64,000 nt of DNA from an uncultured Candidatus Berkelbacteria bacterium (GCA_903877885.1 CAIRFN010000013.1:2754-66753), one strand, 5' to 3'. Counted from the first letter of the stretch, positions 1-11,326 are shown. The notes: generated by a model from the sequence alone, not told the origin. Numbers and translations: made by a program.

Positions 1-99
1 TATTAACTCAAACTTTTTTTGGTTTATTTCTATATTCATTGTCTCCTTAAATATTATAGTCTAATTAGAAACAAGCTTTGCTTATCTTTAGTTCCATAA

Positions 100-330
100 T
101 TATTTTGCCTCTGTTTGATTGTTTTTTGGTTGTTCTTGTTTTGGTTTAACCAAGAAAATCCAAATTGCAGCAATAGCCAAAAGACCAACACCAATCCAGG
201 TATACATCGATGTCGTTTGGCCTAAAAATGAGGTAGTATCAGCCGAAGCAGTCGAACGATCAATACCCAACACCGCAGTCCCTAAAATCGCCATAACTAG
301 TCCGACAGTTAAACTCGTTCGTTGATTCAT
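100..330 (-). CDS. small hypothetical membrane protein (2 predicted TM helices)
   Basis: ORF with hydrophobic stretches; no recognisable motif. Confidence 0.3.
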   Translation of the reverse strand: MNQRTSLTVGLVMAILGTAVLGIDRSTASADTTSFLGQTTSMYTWIGVGLLAIAAIWIFLVKPKQEQPKNNQTEAK

Positions 331-349
331 ATGCCTCCTTAAATATTAT

Positions 350-784
350 CTATTTGTGCGAATCTAAAAATGCTTTTAATTGTTCCTTAGTTTGAGCGCC
401 TTCCAGCCGATCACCATTAGCGGCAATAAAAGTTGGTGTACCAGAAACTTTGTATGTCGTCCAAATTGTTTGATCGGCGGCGGCATTCATTGGTTTGACT
501 CTGTAGCCTTCTTTGGCTAAATCAGTCAAAATCGGCGATTCGGTAATGCACCAACCGCAACTTGGTTGGTAAACTTCCATCACGGTAGCATTGGCGTCAA
601 AATAAGGTTCATTATCTTTAATCAAATTATCTTTGGTTGGAATTGTTTCCGTCATACCAACTGTCGTAGGTATAGCTTTCGTGATCACATTAGCATTATT
701 TTTATTTTTACCAAAACCCCAAGCAGCCAAGCCAACAATAATAATCAAAACTACCAAACCAACAACCCAGTTGTTCTTTTCCAT
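350..784 (-). CDS. membrane-anchored thioredoxin-fold thiol:disulfide oxidoreductase
   Basis: N-terminal TM helix; CGWC (CxxC) active-site motif; downstream GTPTF (cis-Pro region) typical of thioredoxin fold. Confidence 0.6.
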   Translation of the reverse strand: MEKNNWVVGLVVLIIIVGLAAWGFGKNKNNANVITKAIPTTVGMTETIPTKDNLIKDNEPYFDANATVMEVYQPSCGWCITESPILTDLAKEGYRVKPMNAAADQTIWTTYKVSGTPTFIAANGDRLEGAQTKEQLKAFLDSHK

Positions 785-796
785 AAATCCCTTTCT

Positions 797-1804
797 TTAC
801 TTAATTTTTGACTCTAAAAAGCGGCAGAATTCAGCAAGTCGGAATGAATAACCCATTTCGTTATCATACCAGGCTATCACCTTCACCAGATTACCACCGA
901 CGACTTGAGTTGACAAGAGGTCGACGATCGAACCATTCGGGTTCCCGCGAAAATCAACCGAGACAAGTGGTTCGTCGCAAACGGCTAAAGCGCCGTGCAT
1001 TTTTGGCTCTTCGGTCGCTTTAGTTAAAGCACCATTAACTTCTTCAATCGTCACATCTTTTTTAAGTAAAGCGACAAAATCTACCAGAGAAACTGTTGGT
1101 GTTGGCACGCGAAAGGAAACGCCGTCCATTTTGTCTTTAAGATCTGGAATAACTTGACATGTCGCTTTGGTTGCGCCAGTCGTGGTGGGAATAATTGATT
1201 GTAGAGCCGAACGCGCGCGGCGCGGATCTTTGTGCGGCGAATCTTGCAAAACCTGATCCATAGTAAAGGAGTGGATTGTACTCATCATCGCCTTTTCAAT
1301 ACCAAAAACATCGTTCAAAACTTTAGCCACTGGTGTTAAAGCATTGGTGGTGCAACTGGCCATCGACATAATATTGTCGGTTCCAGGATCGAAATTTTCT
1401 TCATTGACGCCCAAAACAAAAGTTTTAATTGCATCATCACCCTTGGCTGGCGCCGAAATTACCACATAGCGCGCTCCGGCTTCAAGATGCGCTGAAGCCT
1501 TTTCCTTTTCCGTAAAAACACCAGTTGATTCGATCACTAAATCCACATCTAAATCTTTCCATGGTAATTTAGTTGGATCTTTTTCCTGAAGAAATTTGAT
1601 CATTCGACCGTTAACCATTAAACCATCGTCAGTTGTTTCGATTTCACCATTAAATTCACCGTAAGTTGAATCATACTTGGCTAAATGAGCCAAAGTTTCC
1701 AGTTCGCCTAAATCGTTAATTGCTACGATTTCCAAGCGTGCTTGAGTCGCAGCCCTGAAAAAACACCGACCAATTCGACCAAAACCATTGATTGCAATCT
1801 TCAT
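797..1804 (-). CDS. gap: glyceraldehyde-3-phosphate dehydrogenase
   Basis: N-term INGFGRIGR Rossmann motif; catalytic SCTTN motif; full length 335 aa. Confidence 0.93.
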   Translation of the reverse strand: MKIAINGFGRIGRCFFRAATQARLEIVAINDLGELETLAHLAKYDSTYGEFNGEIETTDDGLMVNGRMIKFLQEKDPTKLPWKDLDVDLVIESTGVFTEKEKASAHLEAGARYVVISAPAKGDDAIKTFVLGVNEENFDPGTDNIMSMASCTTNALTPVAKVLNDVFGIEKAMMSTIHSFTMDQVLQDSPHKDPRRARSALQSIIPTTTGATKATCQVIPDLKDKMDGVSFRVPTPTVSLVDFVALLKKDVTIEEVNGALTKATEEPKMHGALAVCDEPLVSVDFRGNPNGSIVDLLSTQVVGGNLVKVIAWYDNEMGYSFRLAEFCRFLESKIK

Positions 1805-1824
1805 CTTGATACCTCCTGTTAATA

Positions 1825-2814
1825 TTAACTAAACTTCATACCGCTATCTGACCAGCGGTGCTCTTTTATTCTATGTTTAATTGTGGCTAAATTCAACAAG
1901 CCTTCCTGAGCGCCAACTTTTTCAATAACCGAAGCGGAATTAGTCACACCATATTGCAAGCAAGTTAGCAATTTTTCACCTTTAATATACGCGGCCATAA
2001 AAGCCGAAGTAAAAGCATCGCCCGCACCAGTTGATTCAACCCGATGGCCCGGATAAGGTCCGATTTTAATAAAATCGGTGGCCGTTGCGGCGTAGGCGCC
2101 TTCTTTACCATCAGTAATCACAATAATTTCCACGCCAGTTTTCTTCAAGACTTTGGCAATATCACGGACATTAGCAACCCCATGAAGACCGGCCAATTTC
2201 TGGCCTTCTTCTTTGTTAACAAATAAGATTTTAGCCACGCGCAAAAGTCCACCAAAAGCTAACATTCCGTCATGAATCTGAACCGAACCAGGATTAATAG
2301 CAATTTTAATATTTTTTTCGGCTGCCAGCGCTGTCATTCGACTGTAAAATGATTTGTAGCCTTCGCCCATGGGACCCAAAAATACCCAATCAGTGGCAAT
2401 ACTTCGAGTTAAAACTAATTCATCGGGATGAAAGCTATGAAAAACCAGAATCGACCGCTCGCCTTCATAAGAAATAATCACGGAAAAACTGGTTTTTTTA
2501 TCTTTTCGAATAATTAAATGCGACGTATCGACACGAGCTTTTTCCAAAGTTTTAATAATACCTTCACCTTCACTGTCATGACCAATCGCGCTAATAATAC
2601 TGGTTTTTAAACCTAATTTTGAAGATCCAATCGCCACATTGCCAGCCGTGCCGCCAATGTCATAATGAATATCAGAAATACTGATTTTGTCGCCATGTTC
2701 GAAAACTAAAAATTTCTCGCCATGACGATTCAGCGGTTTTTCCATTTCCGAAACCGAGGGAAAAACAAAAATATCTTTCATAATATCGCCAATTGTAACC
2801 AAATCGTATTTCAT
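1825..2814 (-). CDS. PfkB-family carbohydrate kinase (ribokinase-like)
   Basis: GGTAGNVA N-terminal motif and GAGDAF C-terminal PfkB signature. Confidence 0.8.
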   Translation of the reverse strand: MKYDLVTIGDIMKDIFVFPSVSEMEKPLNRHGEKFLVFEHGDKISISDIHYDIGGTAGNVAIGSSKLGLKTSIISAIGHDSEGEGIIKTLEKARVDTSHLIIRKDKKTSFSVIISYEGERSILVFHSFHPDELVLTRSIATDWVFLGPMGEGYKSFYSRMTALAAEKNIKIAINPGSVQIHDGMLAFGGLLRVAKILFVNKEEGQKLAGLHGVANVRDIAKVLKKTGVEIIVITDGKEGAYAATATDFIKIGPYPGHRVESTGAGDAFTSAFMAAYIKGEKLLTCLQYGVTNSASVIEKVGAQEGLLNLATIKHRIKEHRWSDSGMKFS

Positions 2815-2845
2815 ATCTTCTCCGACTAGGAATTTGGTGGTTAAG

Positions 2846-2914
2846 TTTTTGTGTGCCCGGTGACCCGAATGGCAATTCGAGTCTAGGCTGGCTAGGGCGG
2901 GCGTAACACAAAAA
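2846..2914. repeat. MITE-like repeat copy (TGTCATYC family internal core) bounded by inverted repeat tttttgtgtgcccg / cgggcgtaacacaaaaa
   Basis: Internal ccgaatggcaattcga matches the 58231-58323 copy (ccgaatggtaattcga in reverse complement); flanking 14-nt inverted repeat. Confidence 0.4.
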
Positions 2915-2934
2915 TTTAAGCACCAGATTCCGTT

Positions 2935-3759
2935 TTAACCTTTTCCATCACTGCCAAACAACTTAATTTTTTCTTCAACCACAGCTTGAATATCGGCCAT
3001 CACTTTAGCCATAATATCGCGCGGATCAGATAAATCGGCATATTTCTTGTTGATGCCGTGAATTGTTTCGGAAAAAGTGTGACGAATATCGGTATCAATA
3101 TTAACCTTGCAAATACCAGCGGCAACAGCTTTTCTAACTTCTTCATCAGGTACGCCGCTGGCGCCATGCAAAACCAAAGGCGTATTGGTTAATTTACGAA
3201 TTTTTTTAAGCAAATCAATGTTTAAAGCTTTGATTTTAGTCGCATGACGCGAGCCAATCGAAACAGCCAAGGAATCAACCTTGGTTTTTTTCAAATAATC
3301 TTTAACTAAACTCGGATCAGTAAAATCGGATTCATTTTTTGAGTTGCCAATTGTACCAAGTTCGCCTTCGCAAAAGATTTTCTTGCGATGTGCCATTTCT
3401 ACCGCTTTAGCAGTTAAAATTTCGTTTTCCGGCAAAGTAAGGTTACTGCCATCAAACATCACCGAGGTGAAACCTTCTTCCAGACATTCATGAACAAGTT
3501 TTAAGTTTCGGCCGTGATCCAAATGTAGTACAATCGGAACCTTGGCATGTTTAGCTTCATTTTTGACAATATCGGCCAGGTTTTCTAAACCGGCATAGGC
3601 AATCGCTTTTTCGGAAATTTGAATAATCGCCGGCGCGTTTAGTTTAACTGCCGCCGCAATTATCGCCCTGGTAATTTCTAGATCGGAAGTATTAAAAGCG
3701 CCGACCGCGTAATGACCCTTTTGAGCTTTTTCAAATAATTGTTTGCTAGTGGTAAGCAT
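2935..3759 (-). CDS. fba: class II fructose/tagatose-bisphosphate aldolase
   Basis: LHLDHG motif, GASG, class II aldolase length; adjacent to tpiA. Confidence 0.85.
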   Translation of the reverse strand: MLTTSKQLFEKAQKGHYAVGAFNTSDLEITRAIIAAAVKLNAPAIIQISEKAIAYAGLENLADIVKNEAKHAKVPIVLHLDHGRNLKLVHECLEEGFTSVMFDGSNLTLPENEILTAKAVEMAHRKKIFCEGELGTIGNSKNESDFTDPSLVKDYLKKTKVDSLAVSIGSRHATKIKALNIDLLKKIRKLTNTPLVLHGASGVPDEEVRKAVAAGICKVNIDTDIRHTFSETIHGINKKYADLSDPRDIMAKVMADIQAVVEEKIKLFGSDGKG

Positions 3760-4557
3760 TTATTCCCTTCCGACTGATTCTTGGCAGATTTTAATAAATT
3801 CCTTACTTTTCAAACTGGCGGCGCCGACTAAAACACCGTCGATTTCTGGTTGATAAATAAATTCGCGAATATTATCTTCATCGACTGACCCGCCATACAA
3901 AATTTTAACTCGTTCGGACATAAAACGATTATATTTATCAGCCAAGGTATTTCTTAGTTTTTCCACCATATAATTAGCATAAGCGCCATCGGCCGCTTCA
4001 CCGCCATGATTAGTGCTAATGGCCCAAACTGGTTCGTAAACAACAATCACTTTTTCGGCATCGTTTTCAGACACACCTTGTAGAACGCCGCGTAAAAGCT
4101 GACTGATATTCGAGTTAGCGTCAATTTTAGTTGGTCGGCCTTTTCCCCGCTCAATCGCCTGTTTTTTTAGTTCACCGATACAAATAACCGGAATCAAATT
4201 ATTGGCTAAGGCAGCCACAATTTTATCATTGATTAATTCCACAGATTCACCAAAGTTTTTACGGCGCTCGGAATGACCTAAAATCACGTATTTAGCCATA
4301 CCTTTAAGCATCAGTGGCGAAATTTCGCCAGTCATCGCCCCTTTAGGTGTAAACCACATATTTTGGGCGCCTAAATCAATGTTATCTGGCGATTTTTCCA
4401 AAACTTCGGCCATCGGGTAAAGCCAAACAAACGGCGGACACAAAACCACATCCACTGCCAAATTGGCTACTGCGTTTTTAATCGAGGTCGTTAAAATAAT
4501 CGCGTCTGTTAGCGAGGTGTTCATTTTCCAGTTAGCAATGACTAGAGGTCTACGCAT
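3760..4557 (-). CDS. tpiA: triosephosphate isomerase
   Basis: ANWKMN, GHSERR, YGGSV motifs. Confidence 0.93.
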   Translation of the reverse strand: MRRPLVIANWKMNTSLTDAIILTTSIKNAVANLAVDVVLCPPFVWLYPMAEVLEKSPDNIDLGAQNMWFTPKGAMTGEISPLMLKGMAKYVILGHSERRKNFGESVELINDKIVAALANNLIPVICIGELKKQAIERGKGRPTKIDANSNISQLLRGVLQGVSENDAEKVIVVYEPVWAISTNHGGEAADGAYANYMVEKLRNTLADKYNRFMSERVKILYGGSVDEDNIREFIYQPEIDGVLVGAASLKSKEFIKICQESVGRE

Positions 4558-4584
4558 ATCACTCCTTTTTAATATCTAATATTA

Positions 4585-4625
4585 ATATACCATTTTTCAA
4601 TTAAAAAACCACCTTTTAAGGGGTG
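4585..4625 (-). terminator. rho-independent terminator for the 4616-5587 gene
   Basis: hairpin ccaccaccccttaaaaggtggtt followed by T-run on minus strand; overlaps stop codon. Confidence 0.5.
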
Positions 4626-5587
4626 GTGGTGAGGTTTTTTTGACATCGTAGATGACGGTATTTTTTGATTCGTTCGCTAAATATTTTTCGGTTTTGCTGA
4701 TCAAGCAATTCAAGGTAAAGACTAAAATCGTGATGAATTTGAATCTGTTGTTTAGTGGGTTTTTCTGGTAACGGCGCTCGAAGTCGATTACCAATGGTGG
4801 TTTGGGTGCAGCCTAAAATATTGGCTAATTCGGCAATATTTAACAACTTTGTTTCTGAATTATTCTTTTTTAACATTAGTAGTTCGGAGACAATACTGTA
4901 AAGATCCAAAGTTAGATCCGGATAAGTGTTATTGTGACATCGACCATTTTGACTTTTTAAAATGACGCGACGCTCTTTAATAAACTCTGGCTCAAAGAAA
5001 ATCTTTAACCAATTTTGATATGAAGACATTTCAATTCCCAATTTATGAGAGATTTGATTATCAGAAGTTAACCTAAAATTCGAATCAGTCGTAAAACATT
5101 TAAATTCAAAATTTATTAAATTTACAAAAGCGCGAATTCGAAGACAATTCCCTCTAGATTGGTTGATGATCATAATCCGTCGTCGATGCATAAATTTCGA
5201 GTCTAGCTGGCTAAGTAAACCGTAAATTTGATCAATATCAAAACCAAATATTTCCACTAAAGTTTCTGCATCAGCTAAACGATCCAATTTTTCGGCCCAG
5301 AAAAGCTCCCATTCGATTTTTAGGAAACGCATGATTTCGACTTCTTGGACTTCTAAAATCTTGACTGTTGTCGGCATAGAATTTCGTTCAGTAATTTCAT
5401 CGGGAAACAAACTTTGATTGACTAATTGACGAACACATTCGCGAGAGACACCAAAATAATCACCGACTTCCTTATTATTCCAGATCCGTTGAATTTTACC
5501 ATCGCGAAAATCTTGCATCTGATTAAGAATAAATATAGCTAACAAACTTTCGTGCCTGATTTCCAGCGGAGTTGCCATTCGTCCCAT
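4616..5587 (-). CDS. hypothetical DNA-binding protein with two sigma70-region-4-like HTH motifs
   Basis: Segments EVGDYFGVSRECVRQLVNQ and NIAELANILGCTQTTIGNRL look like HTH; no other match. Confidence 0.45.
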   Translation of the reverse strand: MGRMATPLEIRHESLLAIFILNQMQDFRDGKIQRIWNNKEVGDYFGVSRECVRQLVNQSLFPDEITERNSMPTTVKILEVQEVEIMRFLKIEWELFWAEKLDRLADAETLVEIFGFDIDQIYGLLSQLDSKFMHRRRIMIINQSRGNCLRIRAFVNLINFEFKCFTTDSNFRLTSDNQISHKLGIEMSSYQNWLKIFFEPEFIKERRVILKSQNGRCHNNTYPDLTLDLYSIVSELLMLKKNNSETKLLNIAELANILGCTQTTIGNRLRAPLPEKPTKQQIQIHHDFSLYLELLDQQNRKIFSERIKKYRHLRCQKNLTTTP

Positions 5588-5680
5588 TTTCGTCTCCTTT
5601 ACTCAATTGTTAAGTGACAGTTACCAGGTTAAAATAACATTGATGAGTTGGTTTGTCAATAAAAAGAGATCTTTAAAATT

Positions 5681-6886
5681 TTACCGAAGTGATTTCCGAT
5701 GAAGCAAACGATAATATTCGATAGCAAAACGGTGGGCTTCATCACGAAGTTTAACGAGTAGTTTTTTATCAATTTCGATATTGTTCGGATTAATTAGATC
5801 ATTGCGGTCGCGCTTCGGACCTTTAGCCAGACCAACGACGGGGATATCAATTTTGCGTTCCAATAAAATTTCGCTGGCAACATTAACTTGGCCACGACCG
5901 CCATCAACTAAAATAAGTTCTGGGAGCGGCCATTCATTGTGGTTTAGTCGGCGAGAAATAACTTCTCTCATACTCGCAATATCATCGGCGCCATGACGTC
6001 CGTCAGCTGGCGGATTTATTTTGAATTTTCGATATTCATTTTTGTCAATTACGCCTTCGGTAAAAACAACCATTGAACCAACTGTAAAATCACCGCTAAT
6101 GTTGGAAATATCGTAAGCTTCAATTCGAGCCGGAATCGGTTTTAGACCATCTAAATCCTCATCGCGGATTAAGGCTACGTCTTGAATATGACGGAGCGCA
6201 AAAATCTGATCGCGCAACTTGGCCGCTTTTTCAAACTCTAAATTCTTGGCTTTTTCTTTCATTTCTGATTCTAAAGCCTTGATTGATTCTTTTTTCTTGC
6301 CGCGCAAAAAAAGTTTGATTTGTTTGATTGTCGCGTTATAATCTTCCCTATTTATTTTGCCAAAACAGACGCCGGGACACATGCCCATATGATATTCAAA
6401 ACAGGCTTTGCCAGATTCAGGAATACAAGAAACACGGAAAGGAAAAAGTTTGCGCAGAATTTGCAAAGTCATACCAACATCGCGACTTGAAGGAAATGGA
6501 CCGAAAAATTCACCGGCTTCCATTTTAGCATTTTTTCGCGCTGGTAAAACTCGCGGCCAATCTTCTTTGGTCACCAAAATTCCCAAATAAGTTTTGCCAT
6601 CTTTGAGCTTGATATTATATTTTGGATCGTATTGTTTGATTAAATTATTTTCCAAAAGCAAAGCTTCGACCACCGATTCGGTCCGCTGAATTTCAATTGT
6701 TGCCACTTGCGAAAGCATCAATTCAATTCGCGATTCTTGCGGTCGTTGGAAATATGACAAAACTCGATGTTTCAAGCTGGTTGCTTTACCAATATACAAA
6801 ATCGCCCGATTGACATCGCGCATGACATAGACTCCCGGCGTTTCCGGAAACTTTTTAATTCTTTCGATTAGTTTAAACTTTTCCAT
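5681..6886 (-). CDS. uvrC: excinuclease ABC subunit C, short form lacking C-terminal HhH domain
   Basis: GIY-YIG N-term (GVYVM...ILYIGKA), Cys-rich segment, UVR-like helix (AAKLRDQIFALRHIQ), C-terminal nuclease motif IEAYDISN; only 401 aa. Confidence 0.8.
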   Translation of the reverse strand: MEKFKLIERIKKFPETPGVYVMRDVNRAILYIGKATSLKHRVLSYFQRPQESRIELMLSQVATIEIQRTESVVEALLLENNLIKQYDPKYNIKLKDGKTYLGILVTKEDWPRVLPARKNAKMEAGEFFGPFPSSRDVGMTLQILRKLFPFRVSCIPESGKACFEYHMGMCPGVCFGKINREDYNATIKQIKLFLRGKKKESIKALESEMKEKAKNLEFEKAAKLRDQIFALRHIQDVALIRDEDLDGLKPIPARIEAYDISNISGDFTVGSMVVFTEGVIDKNEYRKFKINPPADGRHGADDIASMREVISRRLNHNEWPLPELILVDGGRGQVNVASEILLERKIDIPVVGLAKGPKRDRNDLINPNNIEIDKKLLVKLRDEAHRFAIEYYRLLHRKSLR

Positions 6887-6924
6887 TTTTGTTTGTTTAG
6901 ATTATACCAGATATCATTAGGTTT

Positions 6925-7676
6925 AACCAAATTACTGACTTCGTAGGTTAGTAATTTGGTTAAACAAATAAATGCTTTTTAATTATTGCTAAATCTTTTT
7001 GATCATTAATTCGACTACTAACAAATTTTTGATATTGTTTTGGTTGAATATCCATCAGACTATTAAAATCGCAAAATGATATAACGTCTTTTCCTAGATA
7101 CTCATCATATGAAGAAAAGCTCCAATCCTCCGGCTCTTTAACCAGTCCGGCTGTTACTGGATTAAGATGTTGATATCTCGTCAAATGCAGTAATTGTTCG
7201 TCACTTTCAACTAAAACATTTTTAAATCTTCCTTCCCATAACGGACCTTTGCGACAATGTTTAGTATTAAAGTATCGAGTATAGCCATTAAGGATATCGG
7301 CAACATATTTTGAAACACCATTTTCTTTTAGTTGTTTTAAAACTAAATGGATATGAGTCGGCATAATACAATAAGCAATTATATGTACTAACTTTTCACG
7401 ATCTTTTGAAATTGTAAATAAGGCATTATCAAAACCAAATTGACCGACTAATCTTGATCTCATAAAAGCCGACAAGCTCAAATCATTTTTAATCTGATAA
7501 TATCTAATAAGGTCGATCATCCGCACATATTCTTCATCATTATTAAAAATTTTGTAACCAGCGATGCTTTTCGTGCAAATATGATAGACTTGATCATTAA
7601 CCAAAAAATCTTTTCTCATATTTGAATTATATCATTACTAAACCCAAATTACTAACCTACGAAGTTAGTAATTTGG
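6925..7676 (-). mobile_element. REPtron-like unit: RAYT (IS200-like Y1 transposase) gene flanked by inverted REP hairpins
   Basis: Hairpins aaccaaattactgac-ttcgtagg-ttagtaatttggtt (6925-6961) and cccaaattactaac-ctacgaag-ttagtaatttgg (7643-7676) are inverted copies flanking the transposase ORF. Confidence 0.65.
6960..7619 (-). CDS. REP-associated tyrosine transposase (IS200/IS605 TnpA-like, Y1 HUH family), copy 1
   Basis: HUH motif HIHLVL; catalytic-Tyr region LTRYQHLNP; paralogous to 21600-22271 and 41462-42133. Confidence 0.8.
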   Translation of the reverse strand: MRKDFLVNDQVYHICTKSIAGYKIFNNDEEYVRMIDLIRYYQIKNDLSLSAFMRSRLVGQFGFDNALFTISKDREKLVHIIAYCIMPTHIHLVLKQLKENGVSKYVADILNGYTRYFNTKHCRKGPLWEGRFKNVLVESDEQLLHLTRYQHLNPVTAGLVKEPEDWSFSSYDEYLGKDVISFCDFNSLMDIQPKQYQKFVSSRINDQKDLAIIKKHLFV

Positions 7677-7685
7677 TTAATTGGC

Positions 7686-7714
7686 TTGACAAAAGCGATC
7701 AAAATACTTATAGT
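7686..7714 (+). promoter_or_regulatory. sigma70-type promoter TTGACA-17-TATAGT for the 7744 gene
   Basis: Perfect -35 (7686-7691) and near-perfect -10 (7709-7714) with 17-nt spacer; AGGAGG RBS at 7732-7737. Confidence 0.55.
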
Positions 7715-7743
7715 CTATCTATTACTTCTCTAGGAGGTGTACC

Positions 7744-8283
7744 TTGAGAGAACGGCCAAAATTTCTATCCCAAGGTCTTTGGGATATTCTCGAACCGCAA
7801 TGTCGATTTCCTGATGAACACTTACTAAAGCTGAAAGATCATTTTTTGCAACATGGTCTCGGACATTTGATAGATAAAATTATCCCTTATTATTACATTA
7901 CCGCCGAATCTGACATCTTTGGCGGTAAACAATTGGTTTTTATTTGCCGCTGGAATTTTCGAGATTTGAATTTCGCTACAATGGAGGCAATGATTGATAA
8001 ACCAAATTGCCCAGATTACGAAAATCTGGCTTTGGAATTTCTGAATCAAAATAATTTTAACCCAAAGATGGAAATTACACCACCAGATGAGATTGTGTGT
8101 ATTGATGATTTTACCGATACTCAATGCCTTAAAGATCATTTACCGCAAAGTTTCTATTGTTTACCAAATGAGCTAGCGAATTTGGAATCAGAAGCCATTC
8201 GAAAGAAGGTTGATAAGATCAAATCTAAATTTAAAGAAGCCGTAAAAACAAGACCAAACGAACCATTTTCGCTAGATATTTAA
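7744..8283 (+). CDS. hypothetical protein (TTG start)
   Basis: ORF with strong upstream promoter and RBS; no recognisable domain. Confidence 0.5.
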   Translation: MRERPKFLSQGLWDILEPQCRFPDEHLLKLKDHFLQHGLGHLIDKIIPYYYITAESDIFGGKQLVFICRWNFRDLNFATMEAMIDKPNCPDYENLALEFLNQNNFNPKMEITPPDEIVCIDDFTDTQCLKDHLPQSFYCLPNELANLESEAIRKKVDKIKSKFKEAVKTRPNEPFSLDI

Positions 8284-8307
8284 TGGTTTGATCAATAATC
8301 CCTATCA

Positions 8308-8329
8308 CCCGCTAACCGCGGGTTTTTTA
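8308..8329 (+). terminator. rho-independent terminator (cccgctaaccgcggg + T6)
   Basis: GC hairpin followed by T-run; overlaps uvrA stop codon. Confidence 0.6.
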
Positions 8330-11137
8330 TTTCAAAACTTCGGCGAGAAATTGGCCAGTGTATGATTTTTCTATTTTAGCGATTTCTTCGGGAGTGCCGG
8401 CGGCAATTAATTTTCCACCATTGTCCCCGCCTTCGGGACCCAAATCGATTAAATAATCAGCAGTTTTTATAACATCTAAATTATGTTCAATTACCACGAC
8501 TGAATTTCCGGCATCAACCAAACGATGCAACACTTCCAACAATTTTTTAATATCTTCAAAATGTAAACCTGTTGTTGGTTCGTCCAAAATATACATAGTC
8601 CGACCAGTGCCGCGTCGCGCCAGTTCTGTCGCCAACTTCACCCGCTGGGCTTCGCCGCCAGACAAAGTCGTAGCCGCTTGGCCCATTTTAATATAGCCCA
8701 AACCAACGTCAACCATGGTTTGCAAAATGTCGGCAATTTTCGGAATATCGGTAAAAAATTCGTGTGCCTCTTCGATTGTCATATCTAAAACATCGGCAAT
8801 ATTTTTATTTTTATATTTAACCGCCAATGTTTCACGATTAAAACGTTTGCCAGCGCAAACTTCACACGGGATGTAAACATCGGGCAAAAAATGCATTTCG
8901 ATTTTAATAATGCCATCGCCATCACAATTATCGCAGCGGCCGCCGGCCACGTTAAAACTAAATCGTCCTGGCATGTAGCCACGAAGCTTGGCGTCTTTAG
9001 TTTGCGCAAAGAGTTCCCGAATATGCGTAAAAACGCCGGTGTAAGTCGCCGGATTTGACCGCGGCGTCCGACCAATCGGACTTTGATCAATATCAATCAC
9101 TTTATTTAAATGTTCGACTCCTTCGATTCGCGCGTGTTTGCCGGGACGCTCTAATGAGCCTTGCAATTTTCGAGATAAAGATTTAAATAAAATTTCATTA
9201 ACCAAACTGGATTTTCCCGAGCCGGAGACGCCGGTCACACAAGTCAAAACGCCAAGTGGAAAATGCACGGTTAAATTTTTCAAATTGTTTTCGGTCGCAC
9301 CGATAATCGTTAAAAATTTCCCTTTGATTTTACGGCGAGTTTTGGGAATGGCAATTTTTCGCACACCGCTCAAATATTGGCCAGTAATCGATTTTTCCAC
9401 AGCAATAATATCTTCAACCGAGCCTTGAGCCACAATTTCACCGCCCAAACGACCAGCGCCGGGACCAACATCAATAATTTGATCAGCCTCGCGAATCGTT
9501 TCTTCGTCATGTTCAACCACTAAAACGGAATTACCTAGATCGCGCAAATGTTTAATTGTTTCTAAAAGTTTTGAATTATCGCGAGCATGAAGTCCAATCG
9601 ATGGCTCGTCCAAAATATACAAAACTCCCACCAAGCCAGAACCGATTTGAGAGGCCAAACGGATGCGTTGGGCTTCGCCGCCGGCGAGTGTATAGGCGGT
9701 GCGGTCGAGCGTTAAATAGCCTAAACCAACGTTGACTAAAAAGTTTAAACGATTTTTAATTTCCGTCAAAATTTTGTCAGCAATTAATTTTTCTTTAGTT
9801 GTTAAATCAATCGTTGCAAAAAATTCATGCGCGTTTTTAACCGACATGGCAGTCACATCAGCGATATTTAAATTATTAATTTTAATTAATAAAACTTCAG
9901 ACTTTAAGCGGCGTCCATCGCAAGAAGGACATGCCGAAATGCTCATATATTTTTCAATTTCTTTACGCACATTTTCACTTTCCGATTGACGGTAGCGTCG
10001 TTCCAAAAGCGGAATGACGCCTTCAAATTTGACATGAAAAACATTAGCCCGGCCGTGCGTAAAATATTTTACGCGCAAAACTTCCGGATTTTTTGTGCCA
10101 TACAAAAGTTCGTTTAAATATTCCGGCGCTAAATTGGAAATTGGCGCCAGTTCCGAAAAATTATATTTTTCCAACGCGGCTTTTAAAATCGAGCCATAAT
10201 AATTATTGGATTTATAATTTAGTGGCATAATCGCGCCAGCAGCTACAGACAAATTTTTATCTGGCACGACTAAATTGACGTCGATTTCTTTTTTAGTTCC
10301 CAATCCCCCGCAAGTGGCACAGGCGCCAAACGGCGAGTTAAAACTAAAAATGCGCGGTTCAATTTCGCCAAAATCGGTTTCATGATCGGGACAAGCTAAT
10401 TTTTGATTTAATAATAATTCGTTATCGCCATATAAAATTAAAAGTAAACCGTCGGCCAATTTCAGCGCCGTTTCAATACTTTCGGTCATGCGACCAATAT
10501 TGTCTGCAGAAATTATTAATTCATCAACAATAATTTCGATTGTATGATTTTTGTAACGCGCCAAAACAACTTGCGAATCTAAGTTCACAATCTTACCATT
10601 CACCCGCGCTTTAGAAAAACCTTTTTTGTAAAGATCATTTAATAATTGATGATATTCCCCTTTCCGACCACGAACAATCGGCGCCATAATTTTAATCGAA
10701 ATTCCCTCGCCCAAATCCAAAACTTTTTCCACCATTTGTTCAACTGATAATTTTTGAATTGGTTTACCGCAAACCGGACAATGTGGCACGCCAATGCGCG
10801 CAAATAAAACCCGCAAATAATCGTAAATTTCTGTCACTGTACCAACGGTTGAACGTGGGTTATGCGAAGCGGCTTTTTGATCAATGGAAATGGCCGGAGA
10901 GAGTCCTTCGATCGAATCGACATTTGGTTTTTCCATTTGACCCAAAAATTGGCGAGCATAAGATGAAAGTGATTCCAAATAGCGGCGTTGACCTTCGGCG
11001 TAAATTGTATCAAACGCCAAAGTAGACTTACCGGAGCCCGATAAGCCAGTCAAAACCACTAATTTGTTGCGCGGAATCGTGAGATCAACGTTTTTCAAGT
11101 TGTGCTCACGAGCCCCGCGAATAATAATTTCATCCAT
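8327..11137 (-). CDS. uvrA: excinuclease ABC subunit A
   Basis: 936 aa; two ABC ATPase modules ([18 protein letters not shown]); zinc-finger Cys clusters; UvrA N-terminus. Confidence 0.95.
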   Translation of the reverse strand: MDEIIIRGAREHNLKNVDLTIPRNKLVVLTGLSGSGKSTLAFDTIYAEGQRRYLESLSSYARQFLGQMEKPNVDSIEGLSPAISIDQKAASHNPRSTVGTVTEIYDYLRVLFARIGVPHCPVCGKPIQKLSVEQMVEKVLDLGEGISIKIMAPIVRGRKGEYHQLLNDLYKKGFSKARVNGKIVNLDSQVVLARYKNHTIEIIVDELIISADNIGRMTESIETALKLADGLLLILYGDNELLLNQKLACPDHETDFGEIEPRIFSFNSPFGACATCGGLGTKKEIDVNLVVPDKNLSVAAGAIMPLNYKSNNYYGSILKAALEKYNFSELAPISNLAPEYLNELLYGTKNPEVLRVKYFTHGRANVFHVKFEGVIPLLERRYRQSESENVRKEIEKYMSISACPSCDGRRLKSEVLLIKINNLNIADVTAMSVKNAHEFFATIDLTTKEKLIADKILTEIKNRLNFLVNVGLGYLTLDRTAYTLAGGEAQRIRLASQIGSGLVGVLYILDEPSIGLHARDNSKLLETIKHLRDLGNSVLVVEHDEETIREADQIIDVGPGAGRLGGEIVAQGSVEDIIAVEKSITGQYLSGVRKIAIPKTRRKIKGKFLTIIGATENNLKNLTVHFPLGVLTCVTGVSGSGKSSLVNEILFKSLSRKLQGSLERPGKHARIEGVEHLNKVIDIDQSPIGRTPRSNPATYTGVFTHIRELFAQTKDAKLRGYMPGRFSFNVAGGRCDNCDGDGIIKIEMHFLPDVYIPCEVCAGKRFNRETLAVKYKNKNIADVLDMTIEEAHEFFTDIPKIADILQTMVDVGLGYIKMGQAATTLSGGEAQRVKLATELARRGTGRTMYILDEPTTGLHFEDIKKLLEVLHRLVDAGNSVVVIEHNLDVIKTADYLIDLGPEGGDNGGKLIAAGTPEEIAKIEKSYTGQFLAEVLK

Positions 11138-11326
11138 GCAGATATTTCCTATTATATTCTGACTTTTTATTTTATCACATTTTTACAATAAAATCCATTA
11201 ATATAGTTAAATTTTCCCCATATGACTACCCTGGAAGTTACCTTCTGGTTTAATCTTGATTTTTTTCAACATTTCTGCTATTCTAACCTTATCCACGGAT
11301 GGAAATTCTATCTGGAGGCGAAACTT

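Noticed and set aside
2672-2923. 83-aa ORF overlapping the PfkB kinase start and the repeat at 2846-2914
   Set aside because: It is mostly repeat-encoded, with no RBS and no conservation signal.
8785-9428. Internal alternative-frame ORFs within uvrA (8785-9096, 9138-9428 and others)
   Set aside because: They are nested entirely inside a 936-aa ORF with unambiguous UvrA motifs.
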